Source of the DNA: Moniliella sp. 'wahieum'
Taxonomy: Eukaryota
Assembly: GCA_003971905.1 (NCBI GenBank)
Contig: RSEE01000012.1
Span: 682,001 to 746,000 of the forward strand
Reading direction: 5' to 3'
DNA length: 64,000 nt
In this document: positions 25,352 to 37,398 of the stretch, piece after piece
Numbering within the stretch: the stretch's first letter is position 1
Layout of the letters: each line of letters starts with the position of its first letter
Position numbers and translations under genes: made by a program
Notes under the pieces: model-generated
The model's database searches: none
Told to the model about the DNA's origin: nothing
Seen by the model: only the letters and a program-made list of their open reading frames with translations

Positions 25352-26499
25352 TTAAAACAGGTGGCCGTGTTTGATGAAAGATGAAACACTCTCCCATACA
25401 AGCAGCGCTGTCGCATTGGTCGGTGCGCTGCGCAAGAAGGAAGGCCAAAACCCGCGGAAGAAACCAGGCAGCCCCTCGGTCTTGTAGATGTGGCCAAACA
25501 TCTTGCGGAAGGAGATAGGGTTCGTGTCAGGCTAAAAAGAAAGGAGGTTAGTCTAGTGCCCCAAAGGAAACCACACATTAGCAATCCAGGGGACCTACCT
25601 GACTCATAAATCGGTTCTTTGTCAGATCAACTGGGAAGGCAAGGGTCCAGAAAGTATTCGCTGCCATGCCGCCAGCCAAGAAGTTAACCGCACGTTCAGT
25701 CATTTGGCCATTTTTGCGCGCCTCCAAGTATGCTGGAGTATCGGGACGGGCAGGTGTAGTAGTGGTGAGGTAGGGGAATTGGGAGGTGGAGCGGAGCGGA
25801 GCGAGCGGAGCCAGTTTGAGTAGAGATCGTACGAGCCCCAGAGGAAGAAAAAGAAGGATCGTTGGGCCAAGGTGGCATGCAGTCCGCGGTACACGCCCAA
25901 TGGGCCATACCTTTGCGTTAGTTGACGCGCGCAGTCAATGGGGCCCTTGTACTGCCGTGCAGCGCCACTTGAGTATTGCATCTGAAGCCGCACCTTGATG
26001 ATCTCAACAGGCGATGCCACCAACGCCACTGTCCACCCGCTCCGATTCCAGCAATCCCATTTTCAACAGGAGTCAGCACACGATTCTTGTCGTTGCGCTG
26101 GAGAAGCAGGCGATAGTTGGTCAAAGAACCCAACTGGACTGCGTCCATCACTGCCCAGCCCACCAGAGGCATCGACGCCCCCCGATACAAAGCACGAAAG
26201 CCTTCGTATCGGACCGTATTGACCAAGCACTGGATCGGCCCCTTGAAACGGCCATGGCCACCCTCTACTTGACACCGGACCTTGACCGTGTCAAATGGAT
26301 GGCCAATGGTCAGTTTCGTCACCCCCGAAGCCAATCCAGCCAGCCCACCCGCCACCCGATCGCGCGTGGTAGCCATGTTAGGGGCCGGCGGCGGCTCCTC
26401 AGCGGCTCAAACACGACTGGCTCATTCAGCACTGGCTCCGACATCATCTCCTCAATTGTGGGCCCAGGTTCCCTCGGGTGGAGTTGCAGCGGGAGCCAT
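25352..26499 (-). CDS. Mitochondrial carrier (SLC25; carnitine/amino-acid carrier, YMC1/CRC1-like)
   Basis: Three carrier signatures: PFDTVKVR, PVEIIKVR, PVDLTKNR; EGFRALYRG; ends ..FFRGFWPSFLRSAPTNA..HGHLF*. Intron about 25531-25598. Start is 26499 (with frameshift) or 26376. Confidence 0.9.
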
Positions 26500-29013
26500 G
26501 GCGGACGAGGCAAGGGGTGGCTGGTGGGAAGATGACACTCGGACGGAGACGGCGAACAGGCGAAGGTACAAAACCGGTTGAAACTCCGTCCGGGTGACAG
26601 ATATCTCCAGCTTCCAGCCGCGTGCATCCAGTACCGGTGATCACCGATCACGGCGAGCCCATCATGCATGGATGATGCATGATCTGCATCGTACTCCACG
26701 GCCCTCAGAGATGGCGCTGACCAGCGCGCTGGCCCCACTGCCCCGGCTGACGCGTTTATGTCAGTGGGCCATCACATGCACATCACAGGTGCATCAGACT
26801 GTTTTTGTTACTTGATCGCGTTGCAGCCGCTTCGTTTGCTGTATGTATTCGCCCCCTAACATTCGGATCGCCCCACAGGTGGCGCTCTTCAACCTCGACA
26901 CCGTCGCCAGCCTTCAAGTGCCCACCTTCGAGCCTGTGGTGCATTAATGGCGTAGTGGCACCGGGTACAGAACCCCCCCGGGATACCTTCGGTGCATTTT
27001 CCTTCCGATATTCCTCCCTGTGGATATTCCTCCCCAGTGGAGGGCAGGAATATGCTCTATTGCCCCTTCTCTCTGTATATCACGCGCCACAAAATGCAAT
27101 ACACCATCAACACTGCCTGCTCTCTGAGCTTCTGCAAACCCAGTCCTTTACCGTGTCTAATAAGCTCGAACCCTCATTCCCAAGAGTCACTCTCATGTCC
27201 TCCCTCACCCAACACCAACCACTGCCAAAACCGCAATGCCCCAAACAGTTCAGGTTGACCTAGGGAGCCGGATGGGCACAGGAGGATGAGGAGAAGCCAG
27301 CAGTTCATCCACCGACACAATTTATCATCGTATTCAAAACACATTACATTAACAGAGAGAGCTATAAGGCTGGGACGATGAAATGCTGTGCGCCTATCAG
27401 GCTCGTTCATCTGGTGTGTGCTGCTTGTTAGTGCCAACCCAATAAGAAGACCAACGGGAAATCCGTGGAGTGGCCAACAGGTCGGGATTCGGCCGCTCCC
27501 CCCATGCGCTTTTCCAACCCGGATGTAGCGCGAGAGTGGATACGAATGAGACGGTGTTTTGTGGGATTATCGATTAATAAAGACCAAAAACCAAAAGAGA
27601 AAAAAGACAGGCCCAGGACCAGCGGTAGAGTATGGAGTACCCCATCCAGTAGACTGTGGGCACCAGGGAATGAGAGTGGAGGGGACCTGGGCTGGTTTTC
27701 CCTTTGGGCCACACGCAGTTGGGAGAATGGAGGTACGGACTGGTAGGGGGTGGCGGTCGGCTGCATTCGATCGATGCGGGGCATCGGTGCATTGGAGCTG
27801 CAGAGTGACATGTGACACATGTCATGCATCAAGCATGTCACACGCGGATATTATGTGATGCATGTGTGATGCATGTGACATTGGTGAGTGATGATGATCG
27901 ATGATCGATGAATGATGGCGGCCGCAAGTGTAGAGGGTAGAGTGTCGGCCAACCCGCGTCGGTCGACGGGTCTCCAAAGACCCTACTAACAACTATAAGA
28001 CACGCTTGTTGCATCGTCCGTGGCACACAGGGGAACACACACGGAAAACATCTCACATGAAGCTTGAAGCTTGAAGCATGAACCTATATGCACTCCCCAG
28101 CAGCGAAAGAGCTTCCCTACCGCATATGATAGGGCGTCTCTGTTTCACAGTATACCATTGCGTCGTACATGTTGGTATGGAACGGAAAAGATGAGACATA
28201 GTCGACGGAAACCTTCGTACATATCAAAAACGCCCCATCAGATCCAGCTGAGAGGGGTGGAATAAAAACTTGCCTCGGATGTTGGGACACAAATCAAAAT
28301 AGGTGTGCAGATACGCGGCAACAGCTGTGCTATAAGGCCCCCTCCATAGTCAAGCTTCAAGGCCAGAGCTGTGGTGAGGCTGGCGTGTCTCGAAAGCTGG
28401 GGCCGGAGAGGGGGCCATCAATACTCCACGTTCAACGGTCAAAACAGGCATTCAAATGAACCCCGTTATACATGCCGATCCTCCCCTTACTTTTTGAGAG
28501 GTGACGCATGGGACGCGCGGTGCGACAAAAGAAGAGAGTAAGCGCTCAGGCTCGCTGAGCCAGGTTTGTCCTCCAGGCGAAGTGGCAGGCATTTTCACCT
28601 TCCTTTTCGGGGCGTCTATTTGCCCGGCAGTTCTATTACCCAACTTCATTTATCCATCCGGGTTTCACATCTGTGGCCTCATCGATCATCAACCTCGTGC
28701 TGCTCTGCCTATATTTTTACCAGTTGAGTTTCTGCCTCTCTGGTCGATGGACCTATATCGGTACTAAAGCACGGCCTTCACCCTTCTATATTTGACCGCC
28801 ATCTTCTCTACCCCTCTCTGCATCTTGCCCTATTCCACTTGTGTGCAGCTGGCCTGCTCAAACCTATACCTAAGCAATCTCCCCTTTGCTCTTGGCTGGT
28901 CCAGCAAAAAATTGCTTACTCTCCCCCATTAACCCGTGGATCAGCAGTGCAGATACCATTTCTTTTACGTTTCCTTTGAGCTGGCTCTGGGATATCACCT
29001 CTTCTTTCTTGTC

Positions 29014-30044
29014 ATGTCGCGCCTTTTCACTTGTCTTTCTTACTTGTCATCACTCTTGCCGGTCTGGCAGTCGCTGCACCTGTTGATTACGTGGAGGGGA
29101 AGCAAAAGAAGCTGCCAAAACCGGCATTCGTCGTACGTTGGCTTCCTCACAACCGTCCCGTCCATGTCGATGAATGTGGACTGAGTCTGACATGCCCTTT
29201 CCCTCCTCCTCTCTGCTCAACAGGTATATGGATTGGATGCCAGCCAAAAGCCAGGGGGTGTACCCAGCCCTCACGAAATCAAAGGTGTCACGCATTACAA
29301 CTGGCTTTTGGACGACCCAAGGCCCGTCGGTGCGGCTGCAAAGTGGAATGAATCGGGGCCCGAGGTGCGGGCCCAGGTCAAGGCGAGTTACAAGGCGGCG
29401 GGGATCAAGTTGATGATCAGTGCATTTGGGGCGAATGATACGCCCATGTCCAGTGGCTACACAGCCCCAGGCATCGCAGCCGAGTTAATTGAGTTTGTTC
29501 GAGCTAATGACCTGGACGGAGTGGACATTGATTTCGAAGAGTCGGAGCTGGTCCAGTCGGGGCAGGCAACACCCTGGTTGGTCGAGTTGACCCACAAATT
29601 GCGAAAGCACTTGCCACGCAAGAAGGGTTATCTCCTCAGCCATGCCCCCTGGCACCTTACTTTTCCCCCAGCTGGACTACGAGAGGCAAAGGCTACGTCG
29701 ACGTAGATGCACAGGTGGGCAAGAGCATCGATCGGTACCTTGTCCAGTTCTACAACCAAGAGGGAAGCTACGAAGAATGTGGCACGTTGCTCACCACCTC
29801 TGGTTCACCCTATCCCCACTCGTCGCTGTTGAGATCCACGCCAATGGCGTACCGGAGGCGGCTGGTCGTAGGCAAGCCAGCCGCTGTGGCGGATGCAGCG
29901 AGCGGGTACATGAATCCGTCCACGCTGGGCAAATGTCTGGCTACTGCACGCCAGCAGCACTGGAACGGCGGGGTGTCCTTTTGGCAGTACCCACATACCC
30001 ACCATGTTCTGCACACTGTCAAAGCCGGCGCAGGCTGGAGGTAG
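29014..30044 (+). CDS. Secreted glycoside hydrolase family 18 (chitinase-like)
   Basis: Signal peptide LLVITLAGLAVAAP; KLMISAFG; intact catalytic DLDGVDIDFEE (DxxDxDxE); SHAP; VQFYNQ; VVGKP; GGVSFWQY. Intron about 29134-29223. Confidence 0.9.
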
Positions 30045-30386
30045 CCTCTGACCCAACCTCCATCTCCTGGATAGAGCGTAACGACCACACACCGTCACGC
30101 TGGGTTCCATTTCCATTTCCCACACTCTTTTTTGTCAATACTCAATTCAGTTCATCGTGTATGAGGTCTATTATTCCGTGGCTTGGCGGGCCCTCTGACG
30201 CGCTTGGGCCAGGAAAAAGAGCGTCAGACGAAGTCGGCCATATCCTCCTCCCAGTGCAGCAAATCTTTGGGAACTGTAGAATGGAAAATGTGCATAATAG
30301 GAGTAACCCAAGTCAATAGGAGTCCGGCCCGCAGATAAGACGGAATGAATGAACAAACGAGAAAGGGAAAAGGCACGTACGACCAA

Positions 30387-32254
30387 TCATATTAACATCC
30401 TCCCCACCGTCCATGCTGGCAATTCAGTCGAGTCGTTGGCAGCTTCCCTTTCGGCCGCACAATTGTTCTCTGGGCACTGGTCGCTTCCGTCGTTCCATCC
30501 CAGTTGTCTGGGGGCAGCAGAGAGGCAAAGGGATTGTTCTCCGGAGCTGGAACCAGTGTGAAAAGTTCCTGGGCTGCATTCTGGCCCACCAAACGCCATT
30601 GTGTTATTAGCGCATGGAGTGGCGAGACCGATGGTCTCTATCCATAGTGAGAAGTTGGCAGGCAAAAGAAAAGAGTGAGTGAGTGTCACGCGTTTGCCTG
30701 TGCACTCTATATACCGCGATAGATATGACGGGAGATTATACGCACTGCTGGTATCTCAGTGCCAAACGAAGTGTGCGTAAGCGGGCTTGGAGCTGGTGCA
30801 ACTGTGTTTTGACCATGTAGGGGCTCATTCCGCTAACGCCGGAACTCGAACTAGAGGACGAAGATCAACGCCAATGGGGGTTACACGAGTAAACTTGGAC
30901 CGTACCAGGCGAGAAGTATGGGATGGGCGAGCGGCGGAGCAGTGGAGACAGTGGCAATGGCAGGATAACAAGAGCGACGAGACCCCATATCCTGCCCACT
31001 GGCCGAGTTGAGTGGGTGGTATGGCTGGACGTCGGTGAACGCAAGGGATTGCACGAACTGGCGGGGTTTGTGCATTTGGAACCCTTCTTCTTCTGAGAAG
31101 CCTGCCAGGGTGATGCGGTCGGAGGAAGCCAGGCTCTGTTCGCATATGTCTTCACTGAGAAGTTTAGGGCTGGCCCGCTGTACCACCTCCACTTTTACTG
31201 TCTGCGGCGACGAACTGGGTGCGCCTTCTGTGATCCGCACCCGTTTGGCAATATGTTTGTCCTCGCTTGACTCACCAGAGGAATTGTCAATCTCTCGCGC
31301 CGGTGCTGCCCAACGCAAGTAGGAGAAGGGGGGGGTTGCTCAAAGGTTCTGGGCAATTCGGTGGAGCGAGTTGAGGTAGGACACTTTGAGAGAGATTGAT
31401 GCACCATGGCCGTTAAGTTCGAGTCGAGGAGAGGCTGGCTGGCTGGTGGTTGCGCCGTTCTGTGAGAAGCTAGGTCTTGTTTTTTGGCTCACACCTTGAA
31501 GCAACGTGTGTGAATGCTGAGTCCCAGTAGGTGTGTCGTCTCTAGTGCTTTCAGGCAAAACGACTAGGGGGAAAATGGAGGAAAAGGCATGTGTGAGTTC
31601 GAAAAATGCATCTCTCCGTCCGTCTCAATATCATAAAGAGAGTATAAGCAGAAACAGCAGAGGCGGTGGGGCACGTACCATCTGAGGGATTGGAGCTGGG
31701 AGAGAATGTAGAAGGGGGGCGGGGGTTGTTGAGGTATTGCTGGGTGGGGGTCGATGGATTTGTGGCTTCATGCGCACCTTGAATGCTGGCTGGCGGCTGA
31801 GCAGCGAGGAGATGCGGAACATCTTCAACAACAGGGGAAGAGGAGAGGAGCGCTACCGGAGAAGCCACCTTGGCGCTGTTCTTGCCAGACGCGTCCACCG
31901 CCATCACAAGGGAAGTATCGCCTGGAGGTGAACTGGTGTGAGGCGCCATCCGGATGCTGATTGAAGAGGTGGTATTGGCAGCGTAGAAGGGATGGACTTG
32001 GTGCTTGCCTAATTACGGGCCAGGACAGTAACATAGGAATGCAATTGAACATCAATGCAACTTTGCGAAAGTGCACTCCCCCGTCCCGCTGTCATCGGCC
32101 TAACTCACCCCGGAGAGGGCCGTCTTCAGGCTACTTCTGGGGCCTTCGTGAAGATGAGACCAACCAGCAACAGACTGCTGTTGTGCGGCAGCGCCTACCC
32201 CTTGCGCCCGCACCACAGCTTCATACACTCGCCTTCCCCTTGAGCTGGTATATC
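30387..32254 (-). pseudogene. Spliced Ser/Pro-rich hypothetical gene whose 5' end is cut off at the LTR-like element
   Basis: Minus-strand coding-like segments joined by canonical introns (GTGAGT...TAG about 32109-32009; GTACGT...CCCCTAG about 31678-31564). The reading frame runs up to the element boundary at 32255. No known domain; 3' end uncertain. Confidence 0.4.
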
Positions 32255-33530
32255 TGTCACGGGCGGGCGCCGCTGCCAGGAGGGGCGGCCGGGGAGGGGG
32301 GGGGGGTAAAAGGGGCACAATCCCTTGGAGTGACAGGAGAATGGAGAAACCTCCACCAGCCCAGACAACCGTCCTGGCCGAGGGACAGGATCACCATTCC
32401 CTGTTGGCTTTTTTCATGTCCACCAGCCCCCTCTCGTCATTTTCCCACTTGGTCCCGCTCTATATAGCACATGTCATGCGTCACGTACATATGAGTTTTT
32501 CATGGAAGATGTTAGATAGGAGCTTGATTGGTTGCAGTGGGTAGGGACGAGCGTTCAGATTGCAAGGAAGTCGCGGCTTGTAAGAAGGAGTTTGTGGATC
32601 GAAAAACGAGAGCCATAGAATGTAGTTGGGAAAAGATTGGGAAAGATGTACACAGGACGTCGCATACAAGGAAAACGTATAAAAGGACCGCGATGAGGAG
32701 GCGCACAAAGGAAAAATGAACTACAGAAGTACTGAGAGCACATGAAAGAGATAAAACATGCAGGAGAGGGGAAAGGATATGCTGTTTACACATAATGGCC
32801 ACTGTGACGGGGGTGCTGGCTTTCCAGGCGGAGACTCTACCCATTATCGGAGACAAGACTGACGAAAGACTGAATGCGTTTCAGATCCAAAGTCCAAGGA
32901 GCACTGGCGTGAACGTAGAAGGGTCGCGAGTATAGTAGTTTGTTGGTCGTCAGGAAGAGTCAGGCAACGTCGAAGGAGGTTGCACGCTAGGGGCCGGGCG
33001 AGAAAGCGGGGAGCTACAATGAATGGAGGAGGGCAAGCGAGCCGATCGTAAAGGTGATCCTTTTAGAGTGGTGTGTTTAGAAGAATAGTGAAGGGAAAAG
33101 AAGAACGGTGGACGGCTTGGGTCATTACAATTGGATCCAAAAAACAGAGGCAAGTTTTATGGAAAAGAAGGACGACAAAGGAGACCAGCAGGTCTACAGC
33201 GAAATGGGGAAACGAGTCAAGAGGGAGATGTGAGGACCAATCCCGAGAGGTACGAAGTGAGAAACGAAGCGAGGGTCAAGGGCCAAGCGGGACGAGAAAA
33301 GAGGCGAGAAAAACCAAGTCGAAACCATGTATAGTGTGTTGGAATTTAGACGAGCACGAGCAGAGAAGAGACGATTGTTGTAGGTTTTGTAGATGGGCCC
33401 AGAATCCGAGTCACGATAGCGAAAGAGAGAACTTGAGCAGTGACGGACAGAGAAACCGAGAAGCGAGAGCGACGATAAGGGAGTGTGGATGTGGCTGTGA
33501 AAAAGGCGAATTGATCGTTGCCCCGTGACA
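32255..33530 (-). mobile_element. Solo-LTR-like element (1276 bp), TGTCACGGG...CCCGTGACA, no TSD
   Basis: Perfect 9-bp inverted termini. The first ~75 bp (TGTCACGGGCGGGCGCC...ACAATCCCTT) match the termini at 35432 and 38245. Non-coding. Flanks ATATC / CAGCC do not match. Confidence 0.65.
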
Positions 33531-33619
33531 CAGCCATCCAATTGGAGCCCATAAACGTACGCGCAAGAAAACAGTTGATCAACAGACGCTGTGGCCGTAC
33601 TCCTCGGCACACACACTCA

Positions 33620-34637
33620 TCAACTGGAGGACGAATCACCGTAGTGGTATTTGACCGGGAGAGAAGAGTGGTTCGGGGTAGAGTACGGGGGTTGATGAGA
33701 GGATTCGCCATAGTCCCCGCTGCTTAAGTCGATGTGGACGTCTTCAGGCTTCTCACCGACTATTGCCACGGTTCGCTCGGACCAGGGAGCAGGGAAGAGA
33801 AAACAAGGATGGGCCAGGAGGAAGACAAGGAGAGCGAAGAAGATCATCGTGGCATCAAATATGGGGAACCAGACCTCGTGCACGGAAAGGTATCCTTTCC
33901 ATCCTTGCCTCATCTCGACGCACCGATACACACAACGGATGAGAATGAAGACTGACGAAACAAAGGAAGCGCAGGCAACGAGGACTGTTCCCTTGGTCCA
34001 GCGCTCGCGGTATTTTCCTGCTTTGGTGGCAAGATAGTGGCGCACGAGGAAATCCGTCAGGAGTATTAAAAGGGCCCCGTAATGAAAATCTGGACAATGA
34101 CCCCGGCCAAGGCAATGTTAGAGCCAGTGTGTACACCCGAGTCAGTGTTGGACGTGGCGCTGATCCCACCACCAGCAGCTTGGATTATGAGCGAGATGAC
34201 ATCCCCGGTGACAAAGACGGAAATGTAGCCTTTGGTACTGACCCGAGTCAGCTCTGGACCAACAAAGAGAATGATGCGCTCCAGAGCAACGTAGTTGGCC
34301 GCGCTGAGAAAGATGGGGCTGATGATCAGGCACACGAGCTGGGCAATGTAGGGATCAGCCTGGAAGAAGTCAAAGTGGCTGTCAAGACGGGCAATCCAAC
34401 CAGCCAGCTCCCCTGCAGCGCAGACTGCGGCCAGCAGCATAAACCCGCCGCGACGGAACCGACGGGGCCAGAGTGCAAACAGGAGATGCAGGAGGAACTG
34501 GAGGCCAAAGAGGACAGTGAAGAGGATGCTGAGCCAGAGGGTGGGGATGTACTGGTACGGCGCATTGTCCAGCTGGCACACTGCCCCCGCGCGGGGTTGA
34601 TGTGGTGACAGTCGTCGACGTCAGAATACGCACCCAT
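33620..34637 (-). CDS. RTA1/RSB1-family 7-TM lipid-translocating exporter
   Basis: YQYIPT..SILF; ELAGWIAR; ISPIFLSAANY; FVTGDVISLIIQAAGG; ILIRCVYRCVE..G..GYL..HE..F..FD; HP. Confidence 0.9.
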
Positions 34638-37023
34638 CGTGGTGTGCAGATCGGGGAAAGGGCGAGCGAGAGAGGGAAGAAGAGAGGGAGGAAAGGGAAA
34701 AGAGAGCCAAGAGAGGCCGGAAAGAAGGCAGAATGCGATGGGGAGAGAGGTCTATCTTTCTTCGCTGGGGGCGTGGTAGATGCGAACAGGCCCGGGGTGA
34801 GAGGACGGACGAAGGTGGATATATATTGGTGGGGAGTAAGAAGTGCTCGGTGTTACAGGGTGGCTCGGGCTTCGGCCATACTTGGGCGCTGCGTGTGCCA
34901 GCGCGGGGCCAGTGTCGAAAACGGGGCCCAGCGCCTGAAGCGGCCTACAGCGGCGGGGGCTTGTGTACGGCGCTGCCTTATACCAGCACAGTACCACTGC
35001 CCGGCTAGGGGGCGTGGCGTGAGCCAGTGGGGGGGGTGTGGCGGGGCGCGGCACGGGGGCGGCGCTGGATGCATCTTGAATTACCACTAGGAGACCACCG
35101 GGCCGCGTGCTGGGCCACTGTTCCGTCGTCCACCATGCCATCGTCCTCCGCTCCACCTTTCCACTGTTCCACGCTGGAGAGATTTTCCCACCCATACGCT
35201 GGCCTGCGGGTGCACTGAACGTGCCATATGTGACAGACCGATGTAAAATGTGCACAATTTTACTAGGGAAGGAGAAAGCGTGGGTGGTTTTTCTTTTTTT
35301 ATATGTTGGTTTAGCGCAGTGTTTCTTTGTCCCACAGCCTTAAAAGCTCTGTCAATCATATGGCTCCAGGATACAGGCAAAGCTTCGCTCTGTTGACAGG
35401 CGAACCCCTTCAACCTCGGTTCGGGCACAGCTGTCACGGGCGGGCGCCGGGGCCCGCCCTGGGGTTTTTGGGGTACAATCCCTTAGGAGACGGAAGGACG
35501 ACTCACGGTAGTTTCGGGCTTGGGCTGGTTGGTGTATCCGAGCGGAGCTAGGGACGAGGAGAGGCCTTTGGTGGGGCGGCTGCACGTGTGGCAAGGCTGC
35601 GTCTGCACCGGCTTGGGCCGTAGTAACGTGTCTGAAGCCTCCGGGACTTAGGGACGGGAGGAGGCAGCGGCGGACAAACACTGCCTTAACTGAGACTGGG
35701 AATCGCCGCGGCCAAAGGAGGGCTCGCGCGATGGGGTTGACGAAGGGCTGGAGGACGAGGTCGGAGGAGAAGTCGGACGCTAACAAGAAGAGCTGCCTGT
35801 ACTGGATCAATTGGCTGGAAACGGGCAGGAGTCGGACAGGATAGGCGGGAAAGGGACGAAGGTGGAGACGAGAGATGACGAGAGTGGGGACATAATGGAA
35901 GGTCCGGGGTTCCCAAGGCAGGTCCTCAAGGTTCGTCGTTATTTTGGGCTGGTCCCTTTTCAAGCCTGCGCAAGTCGTCGGCCCGTTTCCCCATTCCCGT
36001 TTCCCCCTCCCGTTGGGCAGACGTGCCCTCCCCGTTTTTCACCCTCAGTCCTTGAGCGCATCCCCCGTTCGTCGTCCCCGATGCCAAGGCGCTCTTCCCT
36101 TTTCCCGCTTTCTCCCCTCCGTTGCGACGAGGCCCTGGATGGCCCTCCCCAATCGTTGCACCCCCGATGGTTTCCCCGGCTCCCGATGACTCTGAGGCTT
36201 GGCCAGCTTCTTGCCCTCGTTGCCGCTTCAAATTCGATCAGCCTTGAAACTTTATCCTCGGTTCGTTTGTTTTTGTTTCTGGGTCGCGTCCAATAGCGCG
36301 CCCGGATTGGTTGCTTTCCATCACCACCACTCGCGCATCAAGCAGTACCAGTCGGCGTACGATTCAAGACGCTCGCGTTCACCCGGCTGCTCTACCCTCC
36401 AAGTCCCCGCGCGAGGTGATTTTCATTCCCTTCCCCGATGGACGACTCGAGCCTGGCCTGATGGCCAACCGGTTTCGACCCCAGCTCATCGTCTCCAAGT
36501 GAGGTCCAACCCTCGACCACTCAAGACCCTCGGACGCTCGCGACGGTTTTCAACAGCTCAAGGCGAATTTTTTTTTCAGGATCTTCGCCCGTGACGTCAA
36601 TTTCGGTTGCTCTATTCCTTCTTTCTCGATGGTTAACTCCTGTCCCCCCCTCGGAGAGGGAGGAGGCCCAGGAGATGCGCGCGGACGCGCATAAGGAGGA
36701 TGGGGCGTGGGAGCGCCGGTCGCCATAAGGCGAGGCGACGGCTGCAAGCCCAATTACCGTGTTTATCCTACCAAGTAGGCATGTGGGCATGCCTTGTGAA
36801 GGGGAGCGTGATGCGACGGACGAACGCTGGCAGGCAGGCCAGCGGAGCGCGCCGATCCCCTTCTAGTCCACATCAAGCCCTGGTATTCGTGCGAGCGAAC
36901 GTTGGCAGGCGGGCCAGCGGAGCTTGTACTCTCCCCCAAGTCTCAAAGGAGGCGAGCATTAGCCGGCGGGCCAACAGCGCCTCTACCTCTTGGTTTCTCT
37001 GCTCTCAAGATGGCTTTGACTCG

Positions 37024-37158
37024 CACCCCCGATGCTCGAAGGAAGGAGGGGCGTGCGAATGAGAAGAGAGCTTGACACCCCCGACGCTCGAAGGAAGGAG
37101 GGGCGTGGGAGCAAGAGCCTGAACCGCACCCCCGACGCTCGAAGGAAGGAGGGGCGTG
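37024..37158 (+). repeat. Three 32-bp direct repeats CACCCCCGA(C/T)GCTCGAAGGAAGGAGGGGCGTG with 20- and 19-bp spacers
   Basis: Copies at 37024-37055, 37076-37107 and 37127-37158; one mismatch among them. Confidence 0.95.
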
Positions 37159-37398
37159 CCAAGTATCCAAGTACCCAATCCCCGTTCAAAGTTTGGTCGG
37201 CGCGAAAGGAGTTTGACGCCGATCGTATGCCCAAAGACCGAGGGAGCGAAGGGCATACCTCGCGATTGCTTTACCATGGAAAGGAGAGATGTGCGCATGG
37301 GTAAGCGTACACTCCTTCACCCCTCCCCGTTGCTATTAGGAGAGAGGGAAGCCCATCCATGGAAGGCGTGCGGACACGCCTTGTGAAGAGGAGCGTAA

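Noticed and set aside
33525..33535. GTGACACAGCC resembles GTGACAACAGCC at 38240-38251 (possible shared target site)
   Set aside because: Similarity stops after about 5 flank bases and the other flank (ATATC) does not match; may be chance.
37024..37158. True CRISPR array
   Set aside because: Eukaryotic context, no cas genes, only 3 repeats, and short spacers related to each other; kept as a repeat.
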